Positions 1-6,793 are shown, counted from the stretch's first letter. The stretch: 11,237 nt of DNA from a bacterium (GCA_051744565.1 JBNJDC010000022.1:1-11237), one strand, 5' to 3'. Numbers and translations: made by a program. Notes: generated by a model not told the origin, from the sequence alone.

Positions 1-1326
1 GGCAAAGATTTGCTGGAGGGTATTGACAGTCTCCTCGAAATCTGAAGACTCGTTTATCCCCTGGCGAAGAAAATTATTTATCTGTTCAATATGATCCAGG
101 GCATAGTCAATCTGGGGGTTACTCCCCTCTTCATAGGCTCCAATATTTATCAGATCTTCCGCGTCCCGGTAGACGGCAAGGGCCTCTTTTAACTTCCCGG
201 CCGCCTCCTGGTGGGCATTACCCGTTACATCAATCATCACCCGGCTTACGCTCTCCAGGACATCAATGGCCGGATAATGGTTCCGCTCGGCCAGGTCTCT
301 ATTTAACGTAATGTGCCCGTCCAGTATTCCCCGGGCTGTATCAGCTATAGGCTCGCTTAAGTCATCCCCTTCAACCAAAACCGAGTAGATACCGGTAATA
401 GTGCCATTTTCGCCGGCTCCACTTCTTTCGAGCAACCGGGGCATCAGATCAAAAACCGAGGGCGGAAATCCCCGGCGGGCCGGCGGTTCATCCCGGGCAA
501 GACCAATTTCCCGCTGAGCCCAGGCCACGCGGGTAAGCGAATCCATCATCAACATAACGTCCGCCCCCTGGTCCCGAAAATACTCGGCAATTGTAGTGGC
601 GATAAAAGCACACCTTATTCGCAGCAGTGCCGGCTGGTCACTGGTAGCAACAACCATAACTGTTTTTTCTTTTGTCTCACTGTCCAGGTTTTTAACGATA
701 AAATCCTTTACCTCCCGCCGGCGCTCCCCCACCAGGCAAACTACATTTATTTCTGCTTCCGTGTAACGGGCTATCATCCCCAGCAGAGTACTTTTTCCCA
801 CACCGCTTCCGCTGAAAATTCCAATCCTCTGCCCTTTCCCCAGCGTTAAACAGCCATCGATCGCCCGGACACCGGTAGGTAAAGGGGCATCAACCTGCTG
901 GCGATGAAGACTGCTGGGAGGTTCACGATATATAGGAAGAGGCTCCCCTCCGGTAAAAGGGGGGCCGGCATCCATGGGCCGGCCCCGACCGTTAACAACT
1001 CTGCCCAGCATCTGTTCGCCGGCCCGCACTTTAAAAGACTCCCCGGTGGGGATCACCCGGCTGCGATCGCTTATCCCCTGCATCTCGCCAACCGGCATCA
1101 GCTGGAGGTATTCGTCGGTAAAACCAACAACTTCCGCTTCCAGCCGTTCCCCGTCCGGCTGTTCAATGTAACATAAATCCCCCACTGAAGCCCGGGGTCC
1201 GATCGAATGAACAATCACCCCACTGGCTTCACTGACCCGGCCAAGAAGCCTGAACGGGGGATTAGAATCCCATTTAGTTTCCGCCTCGGTAAGTATATTT
1301 TCAGATTCTGTTTTATTTTCCGGCAT
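1..1326 (-). CDS. fliI: Flagellum-specific ATP synthase FliI (type III export ATPase). The start (ATG at 1326) is in the window; the C-terminal end runs just past base 1.
   Basis: The minus-strand translation begins MPENKTESENILTEAETKWDSNPPFRLLGRVSEASGVIVHSIGPRASVGDLCYIEQPDGERLEAEVVGF. It contains a Walker A motif, GQRIGIFSGSGVGKSTLL (reverse complement of about 790-840), a Walker B-like stretch (VMLMMDSLTR) and a C-terminal region typical of FliI/F1-ATPase beta. The frame stays open to base 1, giving at least 442 codons. The ATG at 1326 overlaps the fliH stop by 14 nt. There is no in-frame start upstream, because a TAG lies at 1369-1371. Confidence 0.9.
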   Translation of the reverse strand, partial: MPENKTESENILTEAETKWDSNPPFRLLGRVSEASGVIVHSIGPRASVGDLCYIEQPDGERLEAEVVGFTDEYLQLMPVGEMQGISDRSRVIPTGESFKVRAGEQMLGRVVNGRGRPMDAGPPFTGGEPLPIYREPPSSLHRQQVDAPLPTGVRAIDGCLTLGKGQRIGIFSGSGVGKSTLLGMIARYTEAEINVVCLVGERRREVKDFIVKNLDSETKEKTVMVVATSDQPALLRIRCAFIATTIAEYFRDQGADVMLMMDSLTRVAWAQREIGLARDEPPARRGFPPSVFDLMPRLLERSGAGENGTITGIYSVLVEGDDLSEPIADTARGILDGHITLNRDLAERNHYPAIDVLESVSRVMIDVTGNAHQEAAGKLKEALAVYRDAEDLINIGAYEEGSNPQIDYALDHIEQINNFLRQGINESSDFEETVNTLQQIFA

Positions 1327-2107
1327 CGTTGGTAAGTAATTGCCCGGAGAGATGATCCAGCTGACCCTCTACAGTAGCATCCAGGTCACCAAAATCCGTT
1401 CTTATCAGACAACCCCCCGGTTCCAGCCGTGAATCTTCAACAAGAGTTATCTCCGTCAGACTGGGATGCTCTTGTTTTTCGTTTTCAATCACTTCTTCTA
1501 CCAGAGCATAGTCATCGGGGTGAAGAACAAGAGAAATTTCCTTAACTTCACTAATTTCATCGAGAGCGTCAGCAACCACCCGGCCGGCTACTTCCTCGTC
1601 CACCTCAACAGTTTTCCGAACTATATGTTCGGCCAAGTGGCGGGCCAGGCGAACAAGCTCATCCCGGTGGTCCAGGAGGTAAGATTCACGTTCCCGTTGA
1701 GCCTCGGAAAGTATTTCTTCGCCCCGGGCAATCATCTGGGCCGTATCAGAGCGAGCTTCCTGCTGACCATCTTCATATCCTTCTTCATAACCTTCCTGGC
1801 GGGCTTCCTCCACTTTCGACTCCCGAGCCTGAATGATTTCCTGTGCTTCTTCTTCAGCTTCCTCTTTTATCTGTTCGGCTTCCCGGCGAGCCTCGTTTTT
1901 TATTTCTTCAGCCTTTTCCTCCGCCAGGCCCGTTTTTTCTTCAATTTCCTGGTTTAATTTTTTCATTTCCGCCCGGGCTTCATCAATTTTTTCTTTCAGG
2001 CTCTTTAAGACTTTTCCGGCAAACTTCTCCTCGCTTCCCAGGTTGGTTACTGTCATCTCAGTCTCTTCATCCCGAACTTCGTCGGGTTTAAACACTTTAT
2101 CAGGCAA
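1313..2107 (-). CDS. fliH: Flagellar assembly protein FliH, the regulator of the FliI ATPase.
   Basis: The position between fliG and fliI is canonical. The protein is a 264-aa glutamate-rich coiled-coil protein (EEKTGLAEEKAEEIKNEARREAEQIKEEAEEEAQEII...) with a conserved C-terminal FliH/V-type ATPase E-like domain. The start is ambiguous. The track start at 2107 is TTG, preceded by GAGGA-5nt, and overlaps the fliG stop by 8 nt. Alternatives are GTG at 2095 and ATG at 2056. Confidence 0.8.
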   Translation of the reverse strand: MPDKVFKPDEVRDEETEMTVTNLGSEEKFAGKVLKSLKEKIDEARAEMKKLNQEIEEKTGLAEEKAEEIKNEARREAEQIKEEAEEEAQEIIQARESKVEEARQEGYEEGYEDGQQEARSDTAQMIARGEEILSEAQRERESYLLDHRDELVRLARHLAEHIVRKTVEVDEEVAGRVVADALDEISEVKEISLVLHPDDYALVEEVIENEKQEHPSLTEITLVEDSRLEPGGCLIRTDFGDLDATVEGQLDHLSGQLLTNDAGK

Positions 2108-3119
2108 TGATTTCCTCGTCGCCTCCCCGGGCCACCACTATTTCGCCTTCTTCCTCCAGTCGACGGATCACGTTAACAATCTCCTGCTGAGCTTCCTCCA
2201 CATCGCGAACCCGCACAGCCCCCATGTATTCAAGTTCCTCCTGGACCATACTGGCGGCCCGGTTACTCATGTTATCAAATATTTTATCCTGGACTTCGGC
2301 ATCCACCGCTTTTAGAGCCAGAGTTAACTCATCCTGTTCAACTTCCCGGAGCACCCGTTGGACCGCTGAATCATCTAACTGAGTAATATCTTCAAAAACA
2401 AACAGCTGACGGCGGATATCCTCGGCCAATTCCGGGTCCTGCTCTTCAAGGGTTTCCAGGATACTTTTCTCCGTCGAACGATCGGCATTGTTTAACATTT
2501 CAACTATAGCATCAATCCCCCCGGTGGAAGCGTATTCCTCGTTAACAAGAGACGATAATTTACGTTCCAGGACCCGTTCTACCTCCCGGATCATTTCCGG
2601 AGAAGTTCGATCCATAAGTGCAATTCTCTTGGAAACATCAGCCTGAATTTCCGGAGGCAGCTGCTGAACAATATTGGAAGCCACCTCACTGTCCAGGTAA
2701 GCAAGGACAAGAGCAATAGTCTGCGGATGTTCTCCCTGGATAAAATTCATGATATGGGAAGGATCAGCATGGCGAATGAATTCAAAGGGCCGGACTTCGT
2801 GGGCGGAAGTGAGCCGGTCAACCATCTCCCGGGCTTCGTTTTCTCCAAGGGCTTTTTCCAGAATTGACTGGGCGGCATCCATCCCCCCCTGGCTTATATA
2901 TTCCTGGGCCTGAAGCATATCCTGGAACTCATCGAGAACCGCCTGGCGCAGCTCGGGTTCCACCGTATCCAGCCGGGCAATCTCCAGGCTGATTTTTTCC
3001 ACTTCCTGGTCACTCAGGTGTTTGAAAATTTCAGCTGCGACGTCTGAACCAAGCGTAACCAGCAAAATAGCTGTTTTTCGGATTCCGCTTAAATTCTCAG
3101 TACCTTCGGCCATGCCCAA
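2100..3119 (-). CDS. fliG: Flagellar motor switch protein FliG.
   Basis: The 339-aa protein has the full FliG architecture: an N-terminal ILLVTLG...AAEIFKHL segment, a middle domain with EHPQTIALVLAYL, and C-terminal motor-interface motifs FVFEDI...LALKA...MS.RAA...LEYMG..R..DVEEAQQEI. A strong RBS, GGAGG-7nt-ATG, precedes the start at 3119. Confidence 0.93.
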   Translation of the reverse strand: MGMAEGTENLSGIRKTAILLVTLGSDVAAEIFKHLSDQEVEKISLEIARLDTVEPELRQAVLDEFQDMLQAQEYISQGGMDAAQSILEKALGENEAREMVDRLTSAHEVRPFEFIRHADPSHIMNFIQGEHPQTIALVLAYLDSEVASNIVQQLPPEIQADVSKRIALMDRTSPEMIREVERVLERKLSSLVNEEYASTGGIDAIVEMLNNADRSTEKSILETLEEQDPELAEDIRRQLFVFEDITQLDDSAVQRVLREVEQDELTLALKAVDAEVQDKIFDNMSNRAASMVQEELEYMGAVRVRDVEEAQQEIVNVIRRLEEEGEIVVARGGDEEIIA

Positions 3120-3139
3120 ACCTCCGCCGGGTAATTATT

Positions 3140-3246
3140 TTCCTGTCTAAAATATAACATATATCCACGTTCATTCATATCCTATAAATTAAAACAACAT
3201 TATCAATCTAAAATTCCCCGGTAGTATTCGAATGAACAAATGTAGG
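3140..3246 (-). promoter_or_regulatory. AT-rich 127-bp fliF–fliG spacer, which could hold an internal promoter.
   Basis: fliF and fliG usually abut or overlap. Here 127 bp of about 25% GC sequence separates them and contains TGtTATATT, an extended -10-like element, on the minus strand about 45 nt upstream of the fliG ATG. No good -35 is present. Confidence 0.2.
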
Positions 3247-4848
3247 TTATATCTCTTCCACGAACCAGCTGCGGAGGACCTGGGCTGCGGTTTCAGAATT
3301 TTCTTCCACGGACTGGCGCAGTTGCTTGACTTCCTGTTCCTCTTCCGCTTCCTCGACTGAAACTTCGGCCATCAGGTCCCGGGCCGGTTCAGACTCCTGC
3401 TGTTGAATTTCCTGCTCAAATTCAGCCTCCTGGGCCGCTTCCCGCCTTTTCTGCCAGAGAAGCAAAGCCCCGGCTATAAGAAAGGTAATCCCCAGGGCAA
3501 TGATGCTGAAATAAATGACCCGCCGGCGAAATTCCGCCTCCCGCGCTTCTTCCTGCCGGCGACGCAACTCGTCCGCCCGGTCAAACCTCAGGTTGCGAAC
3601 AGCAACCTGGTCGTCACGTTCCTGGCTGAATCCCACTGCCGCCTTAGCTAACTCTTCAATCGTTTCTATTTCTTCATCGGACGTATCTTCGTAATTAAAA
3701 ACAATTTTTCCCTCGTCATTATATTCGCGGCGGATTTTATCGTCCACGGTTACAAGAGCGGAAACTCGAGTTATTGCCGGATCCTGGACTATATTTGTGA
3801 CATTTTTATCGGCATAATATTCAACGGTGGATTTTGTTTCATCATATTCAGTTTTTCCTTCTTCAGCCATCTCGGACCCGGGAATGTTACTTTCAACGCC
3901 GGCTTCCCCACCGGGCTGAATATCCCCGCCTTCCAGGTGGCGGTCACTCTCTTTCTCTTTTTTAACCAGCTGTTCAAAAGAATCCTCCGGCTGGCGGTAT
4001 TCTTCCATTTTTTTCTCCACCCGGTCAAAATCCATGTTGACAGTTACAGCCACGGCCAGCCGATCCCGGGTGAGAACGCGGCCCAGTGATTGCTGCAATT
4101 TTCTTTCCAGCTTCTGTTCTATTTCTCTCTTGACCTGCAACTGCTGCATCTGCCGGTCGCCAACCGACGACTCTCCCTGGAGGTCTTCCGAAAGTATTTC
4201 TCCTTCCTGGTTCATCACCATGACATTTTCTGCATCCAGTCCCACGACGCCGTAGGAAACAAGATTTACAACTCCCCGAACCTTCTCCTTGTTTACCTTG
4301 GCAAAAGGCTTAAGTTGAAGTTTAACCGAAGCTGTAATTTCTTCTCTATCTTCTTCAAACAGTGCCTCTTTCTGGGGAAGTGCCACATTAACCTCGGCTC
4401 GTTCATAATTGGGGTTGCTCTGGAGGGCTCGCACAAGTTCCCCCTCCAGGGCTCGCTTGTAGCGAACCTGTCTTTCGTAGTTGGTTATCCCTATGCCCCC
4501 CTTTTCAAAAATCTCAAAGCCGACGGTGGAAGAGGGTTGAATTCCGTCCTGGGCAAGTTGAAGGCGCAAGCGGTCAACCTTACTGAGAGGAACTTTAATA
4601 ACATTGTCCTCAACTATGTAAGCCTCCCCCCGTTCCTCCAGGGCCGAAGCAATTTTCGACGCCTCTTCGGGACTCATTTTTCGGTTAAACAAAACCACAT
4701 ACTGGGGCTGGAAAGACCAGTAGAACAATCCCCCGATCACGGAGACGGTCACCACCGCTATAATTCCCGCCATAATTTGTTGTTGTTGGTTTAAATCCAA
4801 CCAGAACGACTGGACTCTATCGATAAGCTGCTGAATAAACTCAGGCAT
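3247..4848 (-). CDS. fliF: Flagellar MS-ring protein FliF.
   Basis: The 533-aa protein has an N-terminal TM helix (IMAGIIAVVTVSVIGGLFYW), a periplasmic YscJ/FliF ring domain, a second TM helix near the C-terminus (VIYFSIIALGITFLIAGALLLW) and an acidic C-terminal FliG-binding tail ending ...LRSWFVEEI. The RBS is GGGAGGGGAG-8nt-ATG. Confidence 0.93.
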   Translation of the reverse strand: MPEFIQQLIDRVQSFWLDLNQQQQIMAGIIAVVTVSVIGGLFYWSFQPQYVVLFNRKMSPEEASKIASALEERGEAYIVEDNVIKVPLSKVDRLRLQLAQDGIQPSSTVGFEIFEKGGIGITNYERQVRYKRALEGELVRALQSNPNYERAEVNVALPQKEALFEEDREEITASVKLQLKPFAKVNKEKVRGVVNLVSYGVVGLDAENVMVMNQEGEILSEDLQGESSVGDRQMQQLQVKREIEQKLERKLQQSLGRVLTRDRLAVAVTVNMDFDRVEKKMEEYRQPEDSFEQLVKKEKESDRHLEGGDIQPGGEAGVESNIPGSEMAEEGKTEYDETKSTVEYYADKNVTNIVQDPAITRVSALVTVDDKIRREYNDEGKIVFNYEDTSDEEIETIEELAKAAVGFSQERDDQVAVRNLRFDRADELRRRQEEAREAEFRRRVIYFSIIALGITFLIAGALLLWQKRREAAQEAEFEQEIQQQESEPARDLMAEVSVEEAEEEQEVKQLRQSVEENSETAAQVLRSWFVEEI

Positions 4849-4864
4849 TTTTTGTTCTCCCCTC

Positions 4865-4885
4865 CCGGTAAAATAATTTTACCGG
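4865..4885. promoter_or_regulatory. Perfect 21-bp palindrome abutting the fliF Shine-Dalgarno sequence.
   Basis: The sequence CCGGTAAAAT-a-ATTTTACCGG has 10-nt arms and a 1-nt centre. In the fliF mRNA direction it reads CCGGUAAAAUUAUUUUACCGG-GAGGGGAGAACAAAAA-AUG. It is the right size and shape for a dimeric DNA-binding-protein operator or for an AU-rich RNA hairpin just 5' of the RBS. Confidence 0.35.
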
Positions 4886-5006
4886 TATTGTTAAAATTTA
4901 TTCCCATTCACAATCATTGATTTCCCAATCAATTACCAGGCTGATCTAATTTCCTTCATAAAACAAAAATATTCAGTAAAATTCTCATCTTTTTAGAAAA
5001 ATATAA

Positions 5007-5327
5007 TCATTGAAGCCGTTTCAGTTCATCAAAACCCTGCATCAGTTTTTCCCGAATCAAACCGGTAACCCGCATTGCCATGTTAGCCTTTTGCTGGGCA
5101 ACCGTCACATCATGTATATTATCGATTTCACCGGCAGCAAAAAGACGCATTTTTTCCTGGGCGTCTCGCTGGGTAGCTTCAACATGATTCAATTTTTCAC
5201 TTAAAGTATCCGCAAAAGAATCCGCCAGCTCCCTGCTGGCCGACTCATCTGCAGAATCTTCTATCGAGGAGGTAGATAAATCCCCGGGGGATGGGGTCAG
5301 GGAAGATAAATTAAAGCTAATACTCAC
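5007..5327 (-). CDS. fliE: Flagellar hook-basal body complex protein FliE.
   Basis: The 106-aa protein follows flgC in the canonical order. Its C-terminal region (IHDVTVAQQKANMAMRVTGLIREKLMQGFDELKRLQ) resembles the conserved FliE C-terminus. The start codon is GTG at 5327, preceded by GGGAGTGAGGA. No ATG alternative is obvious. Confidence 0.82.
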   Translation of the reverse strand: MSISFNLSSLTPSPGDLSTSSIEDSADESASRELADSFADTLSEKLNHVEATQRDAQEKMRLFAAGEIDNIHDVTVAQQKANMAMRVTGLIREKLMQGFDELKRLQ

Positions 5328-5437
5328 GATTCCTCACTCCCATTCCATTCATTCACACCACTTACGATTCCAATTATCAATTTAACATCCCTCACCGGCA
5401 ATGTCCAGACTTTTTTTAGAATGGGAAAAATCACCGT

Positions 5438-5884
5438 TTAACGGGCTATTCTCAAGGCCTCGTTAAACATCTTTTTAGCCGAATCAATTGAACTCACGTT
5501 TGCCTCGTAAGCCCGGGTTGCAGTTATCATATCCACCATTTCCTTGGCGGGATCAACGTTGGGTTTGAGAACATAACCTTCCTCATTGGCATCGGGATGC
5601 TTGGGTTCATACATCCGCCGAGCCTCGCCGTCGGCTTCAGTAATTGAGCGAACACGAACCCCCTTGCCAATATTCGACTGCCCCGGCTCTGAGGGTGTTA
5701 GCCCACTGAGCAGCGTTTCTTCTTCCCCCCGCGGTTCAAATTGAACCACTTTGCGCATATATGGCCCACCATCCTCAGTCCGGGTGGTATTTGCATTGGC
5801 TATATTATCCGAAATAACATCCATCCGGGTCCGTTCGGCCGTCAGGCCAGAACCGGCAGTATTTATTGCACTGAACATACCCAT
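5438..5884 (-). CDS. flgC: Flagellar basal-body rod protein FlgC.
   Basis: The 148-aa protein begins MGMFSAINTAGSGLTAERTRMDVISDNIANANTT, which is the conserved rod-protein N-terminal motif. It ends ...ANVSSIDSAKKMFNEALRI, the conserved rod C-terminal heptad region. The RBS is GAGGTG-5nt-ATG. Confidence 0.92.
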   Translation of the reverse strand: MGMFSAINTAGSGLTAERTRMDVISDNIANANTTRTEDGGPYMRKVVQFEPRGEEETLLSGLTPSEPGQSNIGKGVRVRSITEADGEARRMYEPKHPDANEEGYVLKPNVDPAKEMVDMITATRAYEANVSSIDSAKKMFNEALRIAR

Positions 5885-5903
5885 AATTTCACCTCACTAA
5901 AAG

Positions 5904-6305
5904 TCAGGGTTTACCCAAATTTTGAATTAACTGGTTAAGATACTCAAATTGCTGCTGAAGCATTCTTGAACTACCCGTGTAATACAGGGTATTTTTCGAC
6001 AGTTTTGCCATTTCCCGGTCGGGATCAACATTATTCTTGTCATTGCGCATACTGGTATCCTTGACCTGGAAAACGTTGGCCTTGACCGGTTTCCTGTCAC
6101 TATCTTCAAATCCTTCCGGTCCAAAACCAGAATTATTGGACATATATGCCTGCTTGAGACTTTTCTGGAAAGAAACTTCTTTTCGCTTGTAACCGGGAGT
6201 GTTTACGTTGGATAGGTTATCAGCAATGGCTTCATGGCGCTTGGCCGAACCATTCAGAGCATCCTGATACATATCAATAGTATTAAATTCTAAAGAATTA
6301 CTCAT
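5904..6305 (-). CDS. flgB: Flagellar basal-body rod protein FlgB.
   Basis: The 133-aa protein carries the N-terminal rod motif (ADNLSNVNTPGYKRKEVSFQ) and is the first gene of the rod/MS-ring block. The RBS is GGGAGG-8nt-ATG. Its stop lies 19 nt upstream of the flgC start. Confidence 0.9.
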   Translation of the reverse strand: MSNSLEFNTIDMYQDALNGSAKRHEAIADNLSNVNTPGYKRKEVSFQKSLKQAYMSNNSGFGPEGFEDSDRKPVKANVFQVKDTSMRNDKNNVDPDREMAKLSKNTLYYTGSSRMLQQQFEYLNQLIQNLGKP

Positions 6306-6323
6306 AAATTTAACCTCCCATTC

Positions 6324-6345
6324 CGTTCACTATAGCACCAGTTTC
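6324..6345 (-). promoter_or_regulatory. Candidate sigma-A-type extended -10 promoter for the flgB operon.
   Basis: The minus strand reads ...GGTGcTATAGTgaacggaatGGGAGGttaaatttATG. This gives a TGn-TATAGT extended -10 (the reverse complement of plus 6329-6337), 23 nt upstream of the flgB ATG. No convincing -35 is present, and the implied leader is very short (about 17 nt). A weaker sigma-28-like alternative, TAAA-N15-GTCGAAGA, sits at plus 6362-6388. Neither was verified. Confidence 0.3.
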
Positions 6346-6563
6346 ACTTTCCCTATCTATATCTTCGACGTTCCGGCTGAAGACTTTAAGCTTAAATTGA
6401 ATTCATGCACCAAAAAAATACAATCTGCCGATTTAATTGCACAGAAAGCAGCAAAAATAATCTTTTTGATTGTAGTTGTCGCCTCCCGAAAATCCAGTAA
6501 AAAAACCAGGACCTTCCAGTGCTTGTCATCCCCCACCTTGACCGGTAATCCATCTCCCCTGAC

Positions 6564-6590
6564 GTCATTGCCGGGCTTATCCCGGCAGTT
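6564..6590 (+). repeat. Hairpin repeat copy A of the GTCATT-stem-loop family.
   Basis: The sequence is GTCATTGCCGGG-cttat-CCCGGCAgTT. The stem is 7 bp perfect (6569-6575 / 6581-6587), extendable to 9 bp with a T·G wobble, and the loop is 5 nt. Confidence 0.6.
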
Positions 6591-6630
6591 ATTCAGCTTA
6601 ATGTCCGGCTTTAAAAAAACATATGTGACT

Positions 6631-6667
6631 CAAATTAAAAATGGATTCCGGGGTCGGGCCCCGGAAT
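6631..6667 (-). terminator. Rho-independent terminator candidate for the dprA–xerC transcript.
   Basis: On the minus strand the sequence reads GTC-ATTCCGGGG-cccga-CCCCGGAAT-CCATTTTTAATTTG. This is a perfect 9-bp GC-rich stem (plus coordinates 6645-6653 / 6659-6667) with a 5-nt loop, followed after 3 nt by a T5..T3 tract. It lies about 127 nt downstream of the xerC stop. The 3-nt spacer and the interrupted T-tract make it sub-canonical. Confidence 0.45.
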
Positions 6668-6670
6668 GAC
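6645..6670 (-). repeat. Hairpin repeat copy C, in inverted orientation. It is the same element as the terminator-like hairpin.
   Basis: The minus strand reads GTCATTCCGGGG-cccga-CCCCGGAAT. It keeps the same GTCATT lead, 9-bp stem, 5-nt loop and AAT end as copies A and B. Confidence 0.6.
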
Positions 6671-6709
6671 AAGCAAAACTGGCTGGCATTGCCCTCCAGC
6701 AAATTACCC

Positions 6710-6735
6710 GTCATTGCCCGGCTTGACCGGGCAAT
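6710..6735 (+). repeat. Hairpin repeat copy B of the same family.
   Basis: The sequence is GTCATTGCCCGG-cttga-CCGGGCAAT. The stem is 9 bp perfect (6713-6721 / 6727-6735) and the loop is 5 nt. It shares the 5' GTCATTGCC and the ATT…AAT stem ends with copy A, but the GC core differs in a stem-preserving, compensatory way. Confidence 0.6.
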
Positions 6736-6737
6736 AC

Positions 6738-6793
6738 AGTTTGATTTTTAATTTAAGATTTAAGCTTTAAACTTGAAACTTTGAACTTGAAAC
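6738..6793. repeat. Short tandem and direct repeats immediately downstream of the xerC stop.
   Basis: The plus strand reads ...atttaagatttaagctttaaacttgaaactttgaacttgaaacttaa. A 13-14-nt unit AACTTGAAACTT(T/A) occurs twice in tandem, and ATTTAAG occurs twice. Confidence 0.5.

Larger units (their letters stand above)
6520..6675. repeat. Imperfect 13-nt inverted-repeat pair bracketing about 155 bp of non-coding DNA. It may be a REP/MITE-like remnant.
   Basis: Plus 6520-6532 TGCTTGTCATCCC is matched by the reverse complement of 6663-6675, TGCTTGTCATTCC (12/13 identical). The interval contains hairpin A and ends inside hairpin C. The CATTGCC motif recurs at 6566, 6687 and 6712. Confidence 0.4.

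Noticed and set aside
904-2315. Plus-strand ORFs 904..1176, 974..1171, 1466..1957, 1833..2315 and 1843..2091.
   Set aside because: They are antisense to fliI and fliH. Their F/S/L-rich low-complexity sequence is the mirror image of Glu/Lys-rich coding DNA. They have no RBS and resemble no protein family.
3403-4794. ORFs 3403..3651(+), 3789..4028(-), 4034..4255(+) and 4090..4794(+).
   Set aside because: All lie inside fliF, either antisense or in an alternate frame. fliF homology is continuous over the whole interval, so these are shadow ORFs.
5010-6124. ORFs 5010..5204(+), 5741..5938(+) and 5927..6124(-).
   Set aside because: They are antisense to, or out of frame with, fliE, flgC and flgB. 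They are short, with no RBS.
6494-6510. CCAGTAAAAAAACCAGG (minus-strand T7 run) as a second intrinsic terminator.
   Set aside because: The flanking CCAGT and CCAGG are direct repeats, not inverted ones, so no stem precedes the T-run.
6397-6669. The 90-aa plus-strand ORF in the xerC–flgB gap (MNSCTKKIQSADLIAQKAAK...).
   Set aside because: It runs across three palindromic hairpins, has low-complexity composition, no SD and no family resemblance. It is on the strand opposite to every real gene in the window. A 58-aa W-rich ORF and a 40-aa ORF on the minus strand of the same gap were rejected for the same reasons.
6421-6793. A c-di-GMP (GEMM-I or GEMM-II) riboswitch in the flgB leader, by analogy with C. 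difficile.
   Set aside because: I could not find the characteristic GEMM elements (GCAAAGC tetraloop-receptor segment or GGCAAACC-type stretch) on the minus strand. The hairpins here are simple perfect palindromes, more REP-like than aptamer-like. A proper test would be an Rfam cmsearch, which I cannot run.
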